Shown here: one piece after another, positions 12,010-24,699 of the stretch
Layout: every line of letters begins with the position of its first letter
Position numbering within the stretch: the first letter of the stretch is position 1
Origin: Camelus ferus
Taxonomy: Eukaryota
DNA length: 64,000 bases
Direction of reading: 5' to 3'
NCBI RefSeq assembly: GCF_009834535.1
Contig: NC_045727.1
Span: 12,090,001-12,154,000 of the forward strand
Made by a program: the position numbers and the translations under genes
Notes under the pieces: model-generated
Database searches by the model: none
Told to the model about the DNA's origin: nothing
What the model saw: only the letters and a program-made list of their open reading frames with translations

Positions 12010-13849
12010 CTGGTCCTGCCCCTGCTTCTCCCACCTCCACCATGGCCAGTAGTTTCTATGCGTCCCTGGAGGTTTGTGTTGCTCAGAGGATTAAAATCTT
12101 TGACCCATAGATGTTGTGTTTCGCTTGTTTGCAGAGGAGAGAAAGTCCAGCTGTGGCCCTGCTCAATGAGCTCCTGGATCTTTTGTGTATGTGCTGGGAT
12201 GTGACTGTGTCTCTGGGACTCTCTGTGCGGGGGATGCTCTGCAGTGCCCTCTGCCGGATGCTCACTCGACAGTCTCTGTAGTAAAAGAGGTGCCCATCTT
12301 GGGGAAACACCTGCTGTTTGCTGGGTTCTGGGTGGCACCCACTCAGCTGCAGCCTGCTCACCTCCCCACCCCCACCCCTTTGTTCTGGAGCATCTGCGCA
12401 TGAAATCCATGAGCAGATCACTGACCTCCAGGCCACCCCCACAGGTACCCCTGAGCACCAGGTGCACAATCGTGAGGCCTCCCAGGAGGAACAGGGGACA
12501 CCAGGCAGGAGCCGTGTCCTGACTCTGACAGTACTCTCCCAATTCTGCTGTTTGCCCTCTGTGCAGGGCACTATCCTTTTCCTCTTTTGATTCTCACAGG
12601 AGACACTAGATCCATGAGCCCACCGGCCAGTACTCTGACCTCAGAAGAGATGAATGAGTGGAGAGAGAGCAGCTGGCACAAAGTGGCACTTCTGGGCCCA
12701 CAGCTGTGACATTTATTTCACAATTGATAGTCAAAGATTTCATCTCATTTCATCTTTGTGTTATTGCTTTGGTCACAAGATGTGTTTTTGCTGCTTGTAG
12801 GCTCCACTTTCCCAAGTACCCAGGTCAAGATAGAAGTGATCTCTGATCCAAGGAACACTGAAAAACTGTTGGGAAAATATTTCCTCTTGGTTTTCTACCT
12901 CAGTGCTTTAAAACTCAGGCTCATCATTCCCGTTTTCCTCCCCCCATTGTTTTGTCTCATTCTGTCCTGTTCTGTTTTACCAAATTTAAAACTGTACCAT
13001 TGCATCCTGATTTCACATAACATGTAGTAAATACACATTTTTTTCTCCTACCAAATGCACCTATAAAACCCAGGCAGAAGTCATGGAGGAGCTACTTGGG
13101 TACCAAGAAAAGGAATCATCAGAGCAGACTGGGGTAGTCACTGGGACTGGAAGGTCATTGAACTCAGAGTGGGTGAGGTTCTATTGTTCCCTGGATTCAG
13201 GCAGCCTGAGGCTGGAAGGGCTCCTGCCTGAGACAGAAGAGCTGCATGACAGCTTCCTTTGATCTGGGGGAAGGAAAGAAGGAGAGCGCCAGTGCCAGAG
13301 CCGCTGCGGGAAAACTCACAATTCCCTGGCCATGTGCCCTGCTCTCTGTCCCCCGGCCCAGCATCCCGGCTGGGCATTGCTGATGGTGGAGGCAGAAGGA
13401 CCATTCCCTATGATTTAGGAGCTGTCTTCCCACCCAGGGGGTGATCATCCCCTTTGAATCTGTCCTCTCTGTCCTCCTGCTCCTTGACATGGACACAGGT
13501 CCTGTCACAGGAAGGGGACAACAGTTTAGGGGAACTAGTGTCACAGTTTCTGATCCAGTGGACAGAGGAGTAAACTCAGGGTCCAGGGAAGACTGAGGAG
13601 ATGGTGAGGGGAGATTCGCTAGGAAACTTAATATGCAAATAGTTCATGATGCCTGAGCTGCCCTGTGAGCCACACTTGCATGGATTCTGACAGCAAGTAG
13701 CACAGGAGAGACTTAAGGGGGGGGGACCTAAAGTATAGAAAACCACCCAGGTCCCAGACAGGCCTCTGTGCAGCTCACTTGAAGGACACACCCAAAAAGA
13801 AGGTCAACGTTTTTGTAAATGGAACTGATGTAGAAACAACGGTGTTCCC

Positions 13850-14030
13850 ACAAAGCTGGGTGTAATTAACCACCTGGACTCAGCTGGGCAGAGAGTGGGG
13901 TTAAACAAAACTATCAAGATGGGATTACCCAAGACCCACAGCTCCATCACAGAGTACTGGAAAAAGGGGACAGGAGCCAGACACAAAGGGCCATGTGGGA
14001 TATGGCTGCTGTTACGTGAAAAATCTAGAA
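13850..14030 (+). mobile_element. Possible retroviral integrase relic
   Basis: Frame reads KLGVINHLDSAGQRVGLNKTIKMGLPK, reminiscent of the integrase core ...HPQSSGQVERMNRTIK. Weak. Confidence 0.35.
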
Positions 14031-14567
14031 TAGGTTGGAAGCACGTGAATGGTTTGGAGGGTGGAGGGACCAGGGGAAGGGGACTGATGGGTGATGGATG
14101 AAGTCTTTGCTTTACGAGGATGAAAAATACTCTGGAAGGTAGAGTCTTCATAGATATTCAAGGGTGTGAATGTATGAAAACCCACTGGTTTACTTACCCC
14201 AAAATGATGTATGTTATGGATTCTTTAGTGTATTTATGAAGAAATATGAAGGCTTGGATGCTGGAAGGTAGAAGATTTTCCACAGTGATTTTGAAAATTA
14301 ACATTCTGTGTGGCTGTGTGTGCACTGCGCACGCGTGCTAATGGATGTGCATCTAGACACACAAATGCAGAGTCAGAGAGGAGAGGGGATATCCGAAAAG
14401 CACCTGTGGCAAAGCATTAAAACTAGTGCATCTGGGAAAGGTTCTGCAGGAGTTCTTCATGAAACCTCTCCAGTTTGGTTTAAATGTGTAATTATTTCCA
14501 AAACACAAACATGAAAAACAAATGAAACTCTGAATTCAGGATAGAAGAGCTGAGTGAGCTCAGGGCA

Positions 14568-14606
14568 GGTTTTGTTCTCACTTCCCCATGACCGTGGACC
14601 ACTGTG
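14568..14606 (-). other. 23-RSS of V4
   Basis: CACAGTG, 23 nt, AACAAAACC. Confidence 0.92.
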
Positions 14607-15071
14607 TGCGTTGTTGCTGCTTCTATATGAGGCGCAGTAATAATCAGCCTTGTTTGCAGACTGGAGCCCAGAGATGGTCAGGGAGGCCGTGTTTTCAGAC
14701 TTGGAACCAGAGAAGTGATCAGCAATCACTGAGGCTCGATAGCTGACTGCATAGATCAGGAGTTTGGGGGCCATGCCTGGGAGCTGTTGGTACCAGGAGA
14801 CAGATTCCATATCCAAAATCACTGCTGGTTCCTGCACAGGAGATGGTGACCGTCTTTCCCAGAGTTCCAGACACGGAGGGAGGCTGAGTCAGGGCAGACT
14901 GGGCCCAGGACCCTGAAAGGAGCAAAAACACACTGGTCAGTTTAGGGCTGAGCCCCAGGTCACCCTGAGGACAGAGACACAAAGGGTCAGCCAGAAGTCC
15001 CCGTGTCCCTTCCCTGGAGCCTCACCTGTGCCCTGAGTGAGGAGGGTGACAAGGAGCAGAGCCCAGGCCAT
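14607..15071 (-). pseudogene. IGLV2: V4: IGLV2-like pseudogene. Leader 15026-15071, V exon 14607-14912, 2-nt deletion in CDR1
   Basis: Exon is 306 nt vs 308 nt. The ORF track shows the halves in different frames ([16 protein letters not shown]...DFGYG and VSWYQQLPG...[12 protein letters not shown]). Confidence 0.92.
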
Positions 15072-15176
15072 GGTGGAGACGCTCCAGAGCGCTGCGTTCT
15101 GAGCCCCTAAGCCTGGGCCTGTTCACCCAGACCTCTCTTATCCCCTCCCCCTGTTGCAGAAGAGGGCGGGGCCTCC

Positions 15177-15184
15177 ATGCAAAT
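15177..15184 (-). promoter_or_regulatory. V4 octamer ATTTGCAT
   Basis: Perfect octamer upstream of the leader ATG. Confidence 0.88.
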
Positions 15185-15756
15185 CTGTTCCTGCCCCTGC
15201 TTCCCCCACCCCTCCAACCTGGACTTGATTCTAGACACTTCTCTATCCCCGGACACAGAGCCAATCTAGGAGAATTAATACTCTTATGTTTTTCTTACTC
15301 GGTACTCACTAACCATTCCAGAGCCATGGAAATTGAGCCATCATTGGATGTCCCTATCATCCTGGGCCAAAATCAAGATATCATTTGCTAATAATCACAA
15401 AATTTATTTTCTATTTTGTGTGTCAAAACTGGGGACAGGGTCCAGAAGTACTGGAGTTAGTTAGAGATTCAATCTCTTCTCATCCTCACATCAATGGAGA
15501 GCTGGGGTGTCCACCCTTCGCCCATCCTACCTCCTCAGCAGGATGGTCTCCTTGACCCTCTGGTCCCTGATTCTGTGGTGCTCTGAGTAGAGGCTCGTGG
15601 ACACTTATTGGTGTTTCTGTTGAAGGGCTCATGAAGCAGAAGCGATGGGGATCTTGCACCCCAGACTCTCCCTGAGGGGGCTCAGAAGGCAGCAGCTGTG
15701 GGACTTGACCCAGGGCAGGCAAGCCACAGGAGAGCCTTCCCTACACTCAGGTCCTC

Positions 15757-15771
15757 GCTGCCCCCTGGTGG
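15757..15771 (-). promoter_or_regulatory. CTCF-like motif CCACCAGGGGGCAGC
   Basis: Matches the CTCF core. Near-identical motifs at 3304-3318, 20644-20658, 42215-42229 and 47013-47027, all on the same strand. Confidence 0.6.
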
Positions 15772-18700
15772 CCGCAGATGGGGCCAACGGTGTCCAAGGA
15801 GGCAGCTTAGGGGGATTGACACCCCAGGTCTGATCCCCCACTTCTCCTTCCTCCCCTCCCAGCTCCACTCATGCTCCTGCTTCTTGTCACACAGATCGCA
15901 TGAGATGGCAAAAGGAGAACCTGGTACCCACAGAGCAGATCCCTGCTTCCTTCCCCGGTTCATGGAGGGGGCCCAGGACTGATGGCTCGTGTGTCTGTGT
16001 TTGCGCTTGTGCTGCTGTGTGTGCGTGTGTCTTCTGTGTGTGCATTTACAGAGAGAGAGCGCAGCCTGAGATAGAACCAAACCTGACTTGATGGTGAAAG
16101 TTGGGTTTTCCTTGTATCTAGATCCTCATCTCAGGGGCAGGCACACACACAGGATTTGTACAGGGAAGAGCTGCCCATAGGTTGAGAATAAAATCCTTGG
16201 AAAGACCTGCTTGCAAGACAGGCCCTTGGTTTTTGTCTGGGAATTTGTTTTCAGGAAGATTCTGACTCTTTTCCCATAAGAATGGCCTGCAGAACCTACA
16301 GGTTTGTGTAAACTTATGGTTTAGACTCATCCACTGACTTCCCCCAAAAGGCCAGAATTTCAGTGGTTGCCAGGCAGAGGATGCCTAGAACACTAGCCCC
16401 CTGGGAGGGTAAGAACCTTGAGGGCCTGAGGAGCCTCCCTGGGACACAATTCTTCTCGGACATTGTCACGATTTGATGCTGGGGAAGAAGCCCTTCCTTG
16501 TGGCTCCCCTGGGACAGGTCTCCTGGAAGCTTCTCCTGGTTTTCTTGGACTTCACCTCATCCTCTGCTGCCCTTTGCTGGCTCTGCTTTGTCTCCTGAAG
16601 GAAATCACAGTGACAAGGTTGAGTCTCTAGGATCTTAGAAGTCTTCTTAGTGACAAAAACTGTGGCCTGAGGTCTTGGGGACCCTGGACACAGGATGACC
16701 TGAGTAAACAGGCAGGGTCTAAGGCTTCCCCTCTTCTCTCTCCTCTGTGCCCAGGGATAAATAGGATCAGGGGATTGTGATTTGCACTGAAGTCACCACT
16801 CCCAGGTCACCCCAAGGGTTTACTCAGCCTTGAGCACTGAAAACTCTCTGCTGCTCCCCACTGTCAACATAGCACCTCCAGAACAATCTCCTGTCCACAT
16901 TCCAACTTCTGCCCCCCTGACTTTCAGTGTGGGCTCCTGTCCACACCACTCTGGGATCTCTCTGTGGCTCCTGGATCCAAAGGGGGAAGCCCAGATGCAG
17001 CCCCAGGTGCCCTCCTGGAAGCTGCTGGATCTCATGTGCTCCCTGAGCCCCCGCTATTCACCTCAGGACACCAAGTGCCTCTCTTGTGGGGTCCCCAGTA
17101 TTAGGAGGGACTCCTCTGCCAGGCAGCACATGGACTGTCCTTGTTCTGGGGAGAATAGCCACATAGTCTAGCTGTTGTTTCTCCAAAACACAAACTAATG
17201 TCCATTGCTTCCTTCTGTATTTTCTCCTTTAAAAAGTTTGCAGTTGGATCATAAATAACACAAACCACTTGCACGAACGTTCTTCATTTAACACGTTTCA
17301 CTGTGATTCTTGTTTTTTTATTAACACATTTATTGTGGTGTGATTCCTGTAAGGTCAACTACATGCATTTTAGGTGTCCAATTTGATGAATTTTGATAGA
17401 TGTTGACTGTGATTCTTCATTGGATTTTTTTAATGAATTGTACTTGTGTGTTACAAATATAAAGACAGACAGCGAACAGTATGCATATAATCCAGCAGAA
17501 AAATGAGACTTGTGAGTTTCTTTTTTGTAAGTTAATTTCATCAGGGATTCTTCATCTCTGCTCCAGAAGAAGAAACCTAGAGAGGACCCCTGGACCTCCC
17601 CTGTGCAGAACCCAAATTTGCTGTGGACTCTGAGGGATAATCCCATCCGTGCACACCCCACCAGTTCCCACTGCCAGGTTATGCAGACATCCCAACATCC
17701 ACCTTCACTCCTGAGCTCCTTCCCCACGTGCAGTCCAAATAAAGTTGGGCCATCACATTTGATGGGGACACAAGGGAACAGATGGTTTTCACTTGAATCC
17801 GTTTCCTTCTGTTCAAAGTTTTTGTTTTCATTGAGATGAAGAGAATCAAAGTATAATTTATCCTGGAAGCCAGATATTTGTTACGATGTGTATTTCCAAA
17901 TGTATGTGAAAGATTGAATCAAAACTTTCCAAAATTTTCTGATCATGCTACAGAGGCAAAATGAGAGTCTCTTAAGCTAGTGTGTATTAAACTTTAGGGA
18001 CCTGGCAGGGGGACAGGAGAGGGCAGGGCTCATGGGAGGACACAAGACTGACCACTGCTCAGATGCTCATGAACAAACGTACACATCTGTCCATAAAGAG
18101 CCAGACTGTTGTTTAAACTGCAAGCCCGGAGTGAGGACATTCAGAGGGATATTTGATGTCACACCTCAGTATAATTTGAAGGCTATGACTTCTCAACATG
18201 TGTACAGACGTATTGAGGTCATTGTCAATTTAAAAAAAAGGCTTTCTAACAAAAATGTAAGGTGAGTTATAAATGCAGATGGATGTCCCATAGGAAAAGA
18301 GAGAGAACAGGGGAGCAGACAGAGGGACAGAACGCCCCGCTCTCCCACAGCCATGGGGGAGGGCAGGAAGTAACAGAGCCTATTCCGGGAGAGTAAAAAC
18401 ACTGATTCCTGGACCACAAACCTAGAAGCAGCTATTACTGCAATGAATGTAAAATCTAGAAATGTACCTGGTGACGATTCTCAGCAATACACCAGAGCTA
18501 TGACCCGATAGATAGTAAGACCTGTGATACTGGTCCAACAGAAAATGCTGGGATGAAGAAAAATGACTATTCACGTGGACACTAGTATGGAATGTGGAAA
18601 ATATGGGGCCTAATTGGCAAGGTTTAAAAATCAGATTTATCAGGAGGATGATGTGGTGAGGAAAAGCGGGCACATGGCAGGCAAGGGGTGAGCCTGACTG

Positions 18701-19468
18701 GGCGGGAGTGCTTCCAAACATAGAGGAGCCTTCAATGAAACAGCCCGGCTGACACAGGGCTGCACCTTCATGAGAACCAGGAGACACAAGCACAGAAAAG
18801 AGCTGCTCCAGGTTGTAGAAGCCAGAAAACACCGGATGCCAACTGTTTTTCTCTTACCTTGTAGGTGTGGGGGGACCTGTTATGCAGCAAATAGATTCCT
18901 AGTGCACTTTGTTTTTCATCTCATTGGTTTAAGGAATTCACATAACTTCAATTTTATGAAAGATTGCATTTGGAAACTGTCTCCCAGTTTCAAGAAGATG
19001 TAAATATTGGACCCAGTACCCATGTGCCCACTTTAAAATTGAATTCTCACCATTGTTAGATTAGCAGGGATTCCACCTAGAACCGGCGCTGGCTCCTCAC
19101 GGGGATGTGCGTCCTGATGTTAAGACGAATGAGGGAGACACCCGCCAGGGCAGCCTCTATTCGGAGCCACCTTGCAAGGAGCCCATCGTCTTGGGGAGAC
19201 TTTCCCCCTGCAGGGCGGTTCCCGGACAGGGCTACCAGGCGAGGAGAGGGCAACTGTGAGAGACCCAGGGTCTGTCCCCGACCCCCGGCTCAGCCTGCTC
19301 AGATGAAGGACAAAGAGAAGGGAAAATAAACAGGAAAACCATGCCCTCTTCTTTGTCCTCCTTCCTCTGCTGGGTCGCAGGTCTCCTTTCAGCTCTGATG
19401 CTTCAACAACAGAAGCAGATGGCCAACCAGCAGAGGAAGAGCCATGGGGAGCCTGAGGGCTCAGGGCA

Positions 19469-19507
19469 GGCTGTGGTCTCACTTCCCCATGACCATGGAC
19501 CACTGTG
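19469..19507 (-). other. 23-RSS of V5 with degenerate nonamer
   Basis: CACAGTG, 23 nt, ACCACAGCC (A-tract disrupted). Confidence 0.85.
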
Positions 19508-19976
19508 CGCAGTGCTACTAGTTGTATATGAGGCACAGAAATAATCAGCCTCGTCCTCAGACTGGAGCCCAGAGATGGTCAGGGAGGCCGTGTTGCCAGA
19601 CCTGGAGCCAGAGAAGCGATCAGGGATCCCTGAGGCCCGTTTATTGACCTCATATATCAGGAGTTTGGGGGCCGTTCCTGGGAGCTGTTGATACCACGAG
19701 ATGTAGTTATAGCCCCCAGTGTCACTGCTGGTTCCAACGCAGGAGATGGTGACCATCTTTCCCAAAGTCTCAGACACCGACGGAGGCTGAGTCAGGGCAG
19801 ACTGGGCCCACGACCCTGAAAAGAGCAAAAACACATTCTGGTCAGCTCATGCGTGGGCCCCAGATCACCCTGAGGATAGAGACAAAACGAATCAGCCAGA
19901 TGTCCCCATGTCCCTTTCCTGGAGCCTCACCTGTGCCCTGAGTGAGGAGGGTGACAAGGAGCAGAGCCCAGGCCAT
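19508..19976 (-). CDS. IGLV2: V5: IGLV2-like V segment with intact frame. Leader 19931-19976, intron 19816-19930, V exon 19508-19815
   Basis: [16 protein letters not shown] + [43 protein letters not shown]...[16 protein letters not shown] canonical. Weak nonamer and octamer, so best classed as an ORF. Confidence 0.9.
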
Positions 19977-20080
19977 GGTGGACATGCCCCAGAGCATTGC
20001 CTTCTGAGCCCCCAACCCTGGGCCTGGCCCCCAGACCTCTCTTATTCCCTCCCCCTGCTGCAGAGGTGGGCGTGGCCTCC

Positions 20081-20088
20081 AAGCAAAT
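20081..20088 (-). promoter_or_regulatory. V5 octamer variant ATTTGCTT
   Basis: Homologous to the perfect V4 octamer, one substitution. Confidence 0.7.
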
Positions 20089-22061
20089 CTGTTCCTGCCA
20101 CTGCTTGCCCCACCCCCTGACCTGGACTTGATTCTGGACACTTCTCTATCCGTGGACAGCAGACCTTTCTAGTCAATTAACTCTTTCATCACATGTGGAG
20201 TCAGGACAGACTGAGTCCATGACAGCGTGTGTGAAATTGATGCAGCCCAGGGATTTCCCACCTTTCCTGGTGAGGGACATTGTGGTTCCTGTGTGAGGAA
20301 TCCCAGACGTCCCATCGGTGCTAATGGGGAAAGGAGAGGACAGAGTCCCAGGTGGGTACAAGATCCCATTGCCCTATTTCCCAGGAATTAAAGGCAGAAC
20401 TGGGGACTAGCATCACCTCAATTCCTTCTTACCCACTGTTGGGAGAGTTCTCACATCCCTCCATCCTCTGCTTCTGGGGTGTTTTGCCAGTGTAGCCTGA
20501 GCCTGAGCCCTGGGCCATTTATTAGGACTTCTGAAGATGAATTGTTGGGGCACCAATGCTGTGGGGCATAGGAGGGGTTCCATGGGAGGCAGCTCTTGTA
20601 ACTTCATACAAGCAGCAAATACTGTCCCCAAGTCCAGGCTGTTGCTGCCCCCTGCTGGCCTCAAGTGGTGCCAATCGTGCACCAGGGATGCAGCTGAGTC
20701 TGGGATGGATATCCCTCTGGTGCCACCCTCCCCTCGTCTCCCTTTGCCCTCCTACTCAGTACCAGGACCCCTGAATCACTTGATTCCCCTCTAAGCTCAC
20801 TTCTCTTTCTCCATGAACTCCCTCTGGGATGGGGTGGGTCACCTGCCACACCAGGTGTCCCAGATGCTCACCCCAGGACTACCTAGCCCGTCCCGCTGCA
20901 GCCCTGGCACCAGGTTATGCCTGTGAGGCAGCTATTTATACCAAGTGAATTTTGGGAGCACAGGAGAAGTGACTCCATGGTTAACGGTGGGAAACTTTTG
21001 GCATCTGGGATTAGGGAGAAAGGAAGAACTCTGTGGGAATTGATCATTTTGATTCATCACTATTGCTTGGGTAAGTTTCCATCATTTTTATGCTTCTTAT
21101 TTTATACATTTGTTTAGATAATCATGTCTGTTATTTGAGAAAACAATTAAGCAGTAAAAGCTCAGAAATTCATCAGGAAGGGGACATGGACCAGCACAGT
21201 CCTGTCACGGGAAAGCCATGGAGGAGCCCCAGGAATCTTCCACGTGTCCAGGAACTTCTTCCAAGAAGCAAACTTCTAATATTCACGAGGAGCCACCCTG
21301 TCCCCTGTCCCACGTTCAGGTAGCACCGGGAGCAAACGCAGGGCTCCCACCTCAGTAGTCCACTTTCTCGTGTAAAACTCTTCTAGATACATGTGCACAC
21401 ACAATAGGACATGAGCCATAAATCAGGAACCACAAATGCCGCCAATGGGGTGGCAAAAGGACCACTTGCAAAAACTACTGTTAATAGCCAAGAAAAACAA
21501 AGCAAAGAAATCTAAAATACACAAGAAAACAATTCTCAACTGCTTCTCTGAGGGCAAATTAAAGTTGATGTTTCCCTGCAGAAACACATCTATTCTTTTA
21601 AAAAAGGTAAAATATCCCACACAAATGCACAGGAAAAGTCAGACCTCCAGGAGTCATCACCATCTCTTTCCCTTCCTTCATGCCCCACTTCCAATCAGAC
21701 AGCCAGTCTGAGAATTCTATCCTGAAGCCCCCAGTCACTATCCACTCTGCATCATGTGCTCAGACAAGAACCATGGGACCCAAGGGCTGTGCCAGCTTCA
21801 TTTGTATTTTCCCCATAAAGTTCATTCACACAAAACCACTTTCATGTCTTTAAAATACGAGTCATTTCAGCTCATTTCAGTTGTGATGGCAACCTGGATC
21901 CAGGCGAGAGAGCAAGCAGCCTTCGGAGAGTTGGAGAACTCAGGTTTATCACACCAGCTGGCCCAGAGGAGTTAACACTGTGAGCTCTGGACCCTATGTG
22001 CAGGTTTACATACGCTTTTATAGGCTATCACTCTAGACTTGGCAACATTTTGTAACATCCT

Positions 22062-22240
22062 ATGCAAATAAGGTATAACAAAGGTGACTAATTAGTAAGA
22101 AACATTGTAGAAATGGACCAATCATGAGTGAGGGAAATGGACCAATCAGGAGTGAGAGAAATAACCAATCAGGAGGGAGCTAAATGCAAATGAACTACTA
22201 GAAATGGACCAATCAGGAGTTAGCTCAGGGAACCAATAAA
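22062..22240 (+). repeat. Tandem CCAAT array with two perfect octamers, probably LTR-derived
   Basis: CCAAT at 22118, 22142, 22165, 22209 and 22233 in repeated (gaaatgg)accaatcaggagt units. ATGCAAAT at 22062 and 22184. Confidence 0.7.
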
Positions 22241-22825
22241 ATTTTAGGTGTAAGTTATACTTTCCTGGAAATAAGCCATTTCAGAGGCAAAAGTGAGATA
22301 ATCAAGCTGGGCCAGGGAATTTGATGGTGCTGGCAGGAGAGTAGTTGCCCCACCTGGGGGTCCTGCTAGTCTTTTTTATGGGGCTTCCCACCTCAATCAT
22401 AAAGGTCCAATGAATGTTTTGCTTTATCAATGGAGCTTGTCAGCTGGCTAGTTTGCGCTGGAAATGGGGTGGCGGCTCTGAGAACCTGTCCCCTCTGGAG
22501 GTGCCAGGGCATGGGGGTCAGAAATGTGAGGACCACTTGCCGCCAGGTGGACATGTGGTGTGGCAGAGGGAGTCCTGACCTGGCTCGGACCTGCCCGAAC
22601 ACTCCTGGCCTCATTTTAGCGCCTCTGAGTGTTCCTGAATAACACTTTCTCACAGTCCAGCCAGGTGGCTTCCTTCCTGGGCCTGTGGACACCAAGTCAT
22701 TCCTGACTACTGGTGCTCCCACATGGGGATGCCCTGCTCCATTGTCTCAAGCTGCTGAGACACAGTTCAGTTCCACCTCTTTCGTGAAGCCTCCTTTGAT
22801 CTCTCAGATCATTGTGTTTCCGACT

Positions 22826-23060
22826 TTCCATCCATCATCATCCATGATCCATCCATTATCCATCATCCCTCCATCATCCATTCAGCATCCATCCATCCAT
22901 CATCCATCCATCTTCCCTACATCCATCCATTGATTATCCATCATCCCTCATCCATCCATCTATCCATTATTCATGATCCTTCCATAATCCGTTCAGCATC
23001 CACCCATCCATCATCCATCTATCCATCCATCATCTACCCATCCTCTGTCCATCTTTCCAA
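22826..23060. repeat. Degenerate (TCCA/CATC)n simple repeat
   Basis: Visible low-complexity catccatcc array. Confidence 0.9.
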
Positions 23061-23805
23061 CCATGGCTCCCACGCATCGATCGGCCAGGCACTGTTTCAC
23101 GCTCTGGGACAGAGTGTGAAGAGCCCCCTCCCTCACACCCCCATCTCTCCCTGACACTTCTCAGGTCAAGGCCACCAAAATCCCCAACCTAGTCAAGTCT
23201 GAGGTCCCTTCCCAGTCCACTGTGCTCTCCAATTGTCTCCTCCTCTGATCCACACTGTGCTCTCTGACAACTGCCCAGGGGTCTTGAATCCCTATTTCCA
23301 GTCCTGACACCTCTTTTTAGCTCTACTTTTACACACATTCTGCCTTCTGAACGCATCTCTGCATGAATGTCCTACAGACACCACAGACTTAACATTCCCC
23401 ATCTGGACTCCTCAATTTCCCTGGGAAGTTAACTCTCTCTCCTTATCCTCACATCAGTAGGTGTCTCCCCAGGCCAGAAGCCTGGTGTTATCGCTAAATG
23501 TTTTGCCCTCACTGAATCACCCTCTGTCTGAGCTATCCAACTGTAACACAAAAATGTCACTAAAAGACACAGAGAAAGGAAAGAAAACACCCCAGTCATG
23601 CTCTAAGGGTTTATGATGAGAAGAATCTCAGGCTTTGCCAAATCTGGTTTTCTCTCCCAACATAGTTCTCTAAGCTGGCAGGTAACCTGGGACCAGCACT
23701 TTTCATCTCAGCAGCAGGATGATTTGGTCATGGCTGTATTTAAGGTAGGCACATAAGCTTTTGGACATAAAATTACTAGACTAGCAGTGTAAATTCAACC
23801 CTTGT

Positions 23806-24288
23806 TTCTTTCTTTTTTCTTTTATTGTTTGCTTTGTGTTTTTTAAAACATTTTTTATTGAGTTATAGTCATTTTACAATGTTGTGTCAAATTTCAGTGT
23901 AGAGAACAATTTTTTAATTCTACATGAACATACATATATTCATTGTCACATTTTTTTTTTTTTTTGCTGTGAGCTACCACAAGATCTTGTATATATTTCC
24001 CTGTGCTATACAGTATAATCTTGTTTATCTATTCTACACATTCCTGTCAGGATCTATAAATGTAGAACTCCCAGTCTTACCCTTCACACCCCCAACACCC
24101 AGCAACCACAAGTTTGTATTCTGTGTCTATGAGTCTGTTTCTGTTTTGTATTAATGTTCTTTTTTTTTTTTTTTTTTGTAGATTCCATATAAGAGAGGTG
24201 TCATATTGAATTTTTCTTTCTCTTTCTGGCTTACTTCACTTGGAATGACATTCTCCAGGAGCATCCACGTTGCTGCAAATGGCTTTAT
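23806..24288 (-). mobile_element. 5'-truncated lineage-specific L1 3' end
   Basis: T-rich tail, then ttttattgagttatagtc...ccctgtgctatacagtataatcttg...tagattccatataag...gttgctgcaaatggc, typical of an antisense L1 3'UTR. Same family as the insert in V8. Confidence 0.85.
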
Positions 24289-24699
24289 TAACCAGTCTGC
24301 CACTCTGCGTCTTTTTGTTGGAGCATTTGAAACAATGTTTCTGATTTAAAGAAAAGAAACAGCCAGCATTGTATTAAGTTGATAATCTAAAGAAACATCT
24401 TCAATGTGATAAAGGATGTCTTGCAAAACTTTTAGAAAAGTTCCCACTTAGAGGTAAAACTGCTTTAAATTCCTGGGTTCCCATAATTACTTTCCACTAG
24501 TCAAGATATTCCACAGATTTGAGCCAACGGAATGAGATGAGGGGGTAGGAGTGTTAGGAATAATGAGATAAAGTTGCCCTTTGAAGATAATGGGTTAGTG
24601 TACTTAAGTAAAATTATCCCAAGACACTCAGGAGGAGTAGAATTGGAAATAATATGAGTGTTAAGAAAAATGACCATACAAGGATGATAACAGAAAGTC

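Noticed and set aside
19080-19290. CpG-rich patch and NF-kB-like GGGGAGACTTTCC downstream of V5
   Set aside because: Too short for a CpG island, and the motif does not fit GGGRNNYYCC.
22110-22240. Short repeats with spacers superficially like a CRISPR array
   Set aside because: Mammalian context, variable unit length, CCAAT-based LTR-type repeats, and no cas genes.
22685-23154. Ser/Ile/His/Pro-rich ORFs
   Set aside because: Translation of the (TCCA)n simple repeat.
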